DNA of 27,950 nucleotides from an archaeon (GTDB lineage Archaea; Iainarchaeota; Iainarchaeia; Iainarchaeales; Iainarchaeaceae): NCBI GenBank assembly GCA_038046625.1, contig JBBSVV010000002.1, positions 1,821 to 29,770 of the forward strand, read 5' to 3'. Shown piece by piece: positions 27,703 to 27,950 of this stretch (position 1 is its first letter; each line of letters starts with the position of its first letter). The notes under the pieces were generated by a model. It saw only the letters and a program-made list of their open reading frames with translations, ran no database searches and was not told where the DNA came from. The position numbers and the translations under genes were made by a program.

Positions 27703-27721
27703 CGAAAAAAAGCTTTATTAA
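27703..27721 (+). promoter_or_regulatory. Archaeal BRE + TATA box for the gene at 27751
   Basis: CGAAAAAAAGC followed by TTTATTAA (27714-27721), about 30 nt before ATG 27751. Confidence 0.6.
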
Positions 27722-27750
27722 CATCTAAACCGATTAGTATTTCGGTTCCA

Positions 27751-27950
27751 ATGGAAGGATTCGAAGCCAGCGAAGGCTCTGGCGATTACGCTGAAAACAC
27801 TGTTTTTGACTCGATAAAAGAGGGTCTGCAGGACAAAAAAGTGCTTGCAGGAATAGGCATTGTTGCACTCGTTCTCATAGGCGCAATCGTTTTCTTTTTG
27901 CTTCAGCCGCAGGGCAGCGGACAATTAGCAGTAAGCGTCGGGAATGCGGA
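27751..27950 (+). CDS. 5' end of a further membrane-anchored protein, probably a fourth related gene (not in the ORF track because it is truncated)
   Basis: Translates as MEGFEASEGSGDYAENTVFDSIKEGLQDKKVLAGIGIVALVLIGAIVFFLLQPQGSGQLAVSVGNA..., open to the window end. The acidic leader, LQDK, TM and L.V.V.N layout parallels paralog 3 (DSLQEK...IFLL...VQILVQN). Confidence 0.75.
   Translation, partial: MEGFEASEGSGDYAENTVFDSIKEGLQDKKVLAGIGIVALVLIGAIVFFLLQPQGSGQLAVSVGNA

Noticed and set aside
27718..27924. 68-aa minus-strand ORF
   Set aside because: It is antisense to the better-supported plus-strand gene starting at 27751.

Overview
This looks like archaeal DNA, most likely a DPANN-type lineage such as Iainarchaeota/Diapherotrites. 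That is an inference from BRE/TATA promoters, apparently leaderless genes, GGTG(A) ribosome-binding motifs and a class III-like signal peptide. About 80% of the window is three co-oriented giant paralogous genes (2494, 2487 and 2400 aa). Each encodes an N-terminally membrane-anchored protein with a stalk of carboxypeptidase-regulatory-like/Ig-like beta domains and a shared Cys-containing C-terminal half. A fourth gene with the same kind of N-terminus starts at 27751 and runs off the window. The cluster is preceded by a prepilin-like gene and a truncated gene whose C-terminus weakly resembles the giants. Each paralog carries a distinctive internal insert: long Gly-zipper hydrophobic segments in paralogs 2 and 3, and a Tyr/Asn prion-like loop in paralog 1. 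This suggests a multi-subunit membrane-contact or penetration apparatus (inference). Two minus-strand accessory blocks interrupt the cluster: an antitoxin/RelE-like toxin pair with a variant GGDEF (GADEF) nucleotide-cyclase gene, and a Bro-N gene. Both blocks are bordered by small palindromic repeats from three families: a 52-bp twin hairpin with a covarying pair, a 137-bp TATAG-ended MITE, and a GTCAAC hairpin.
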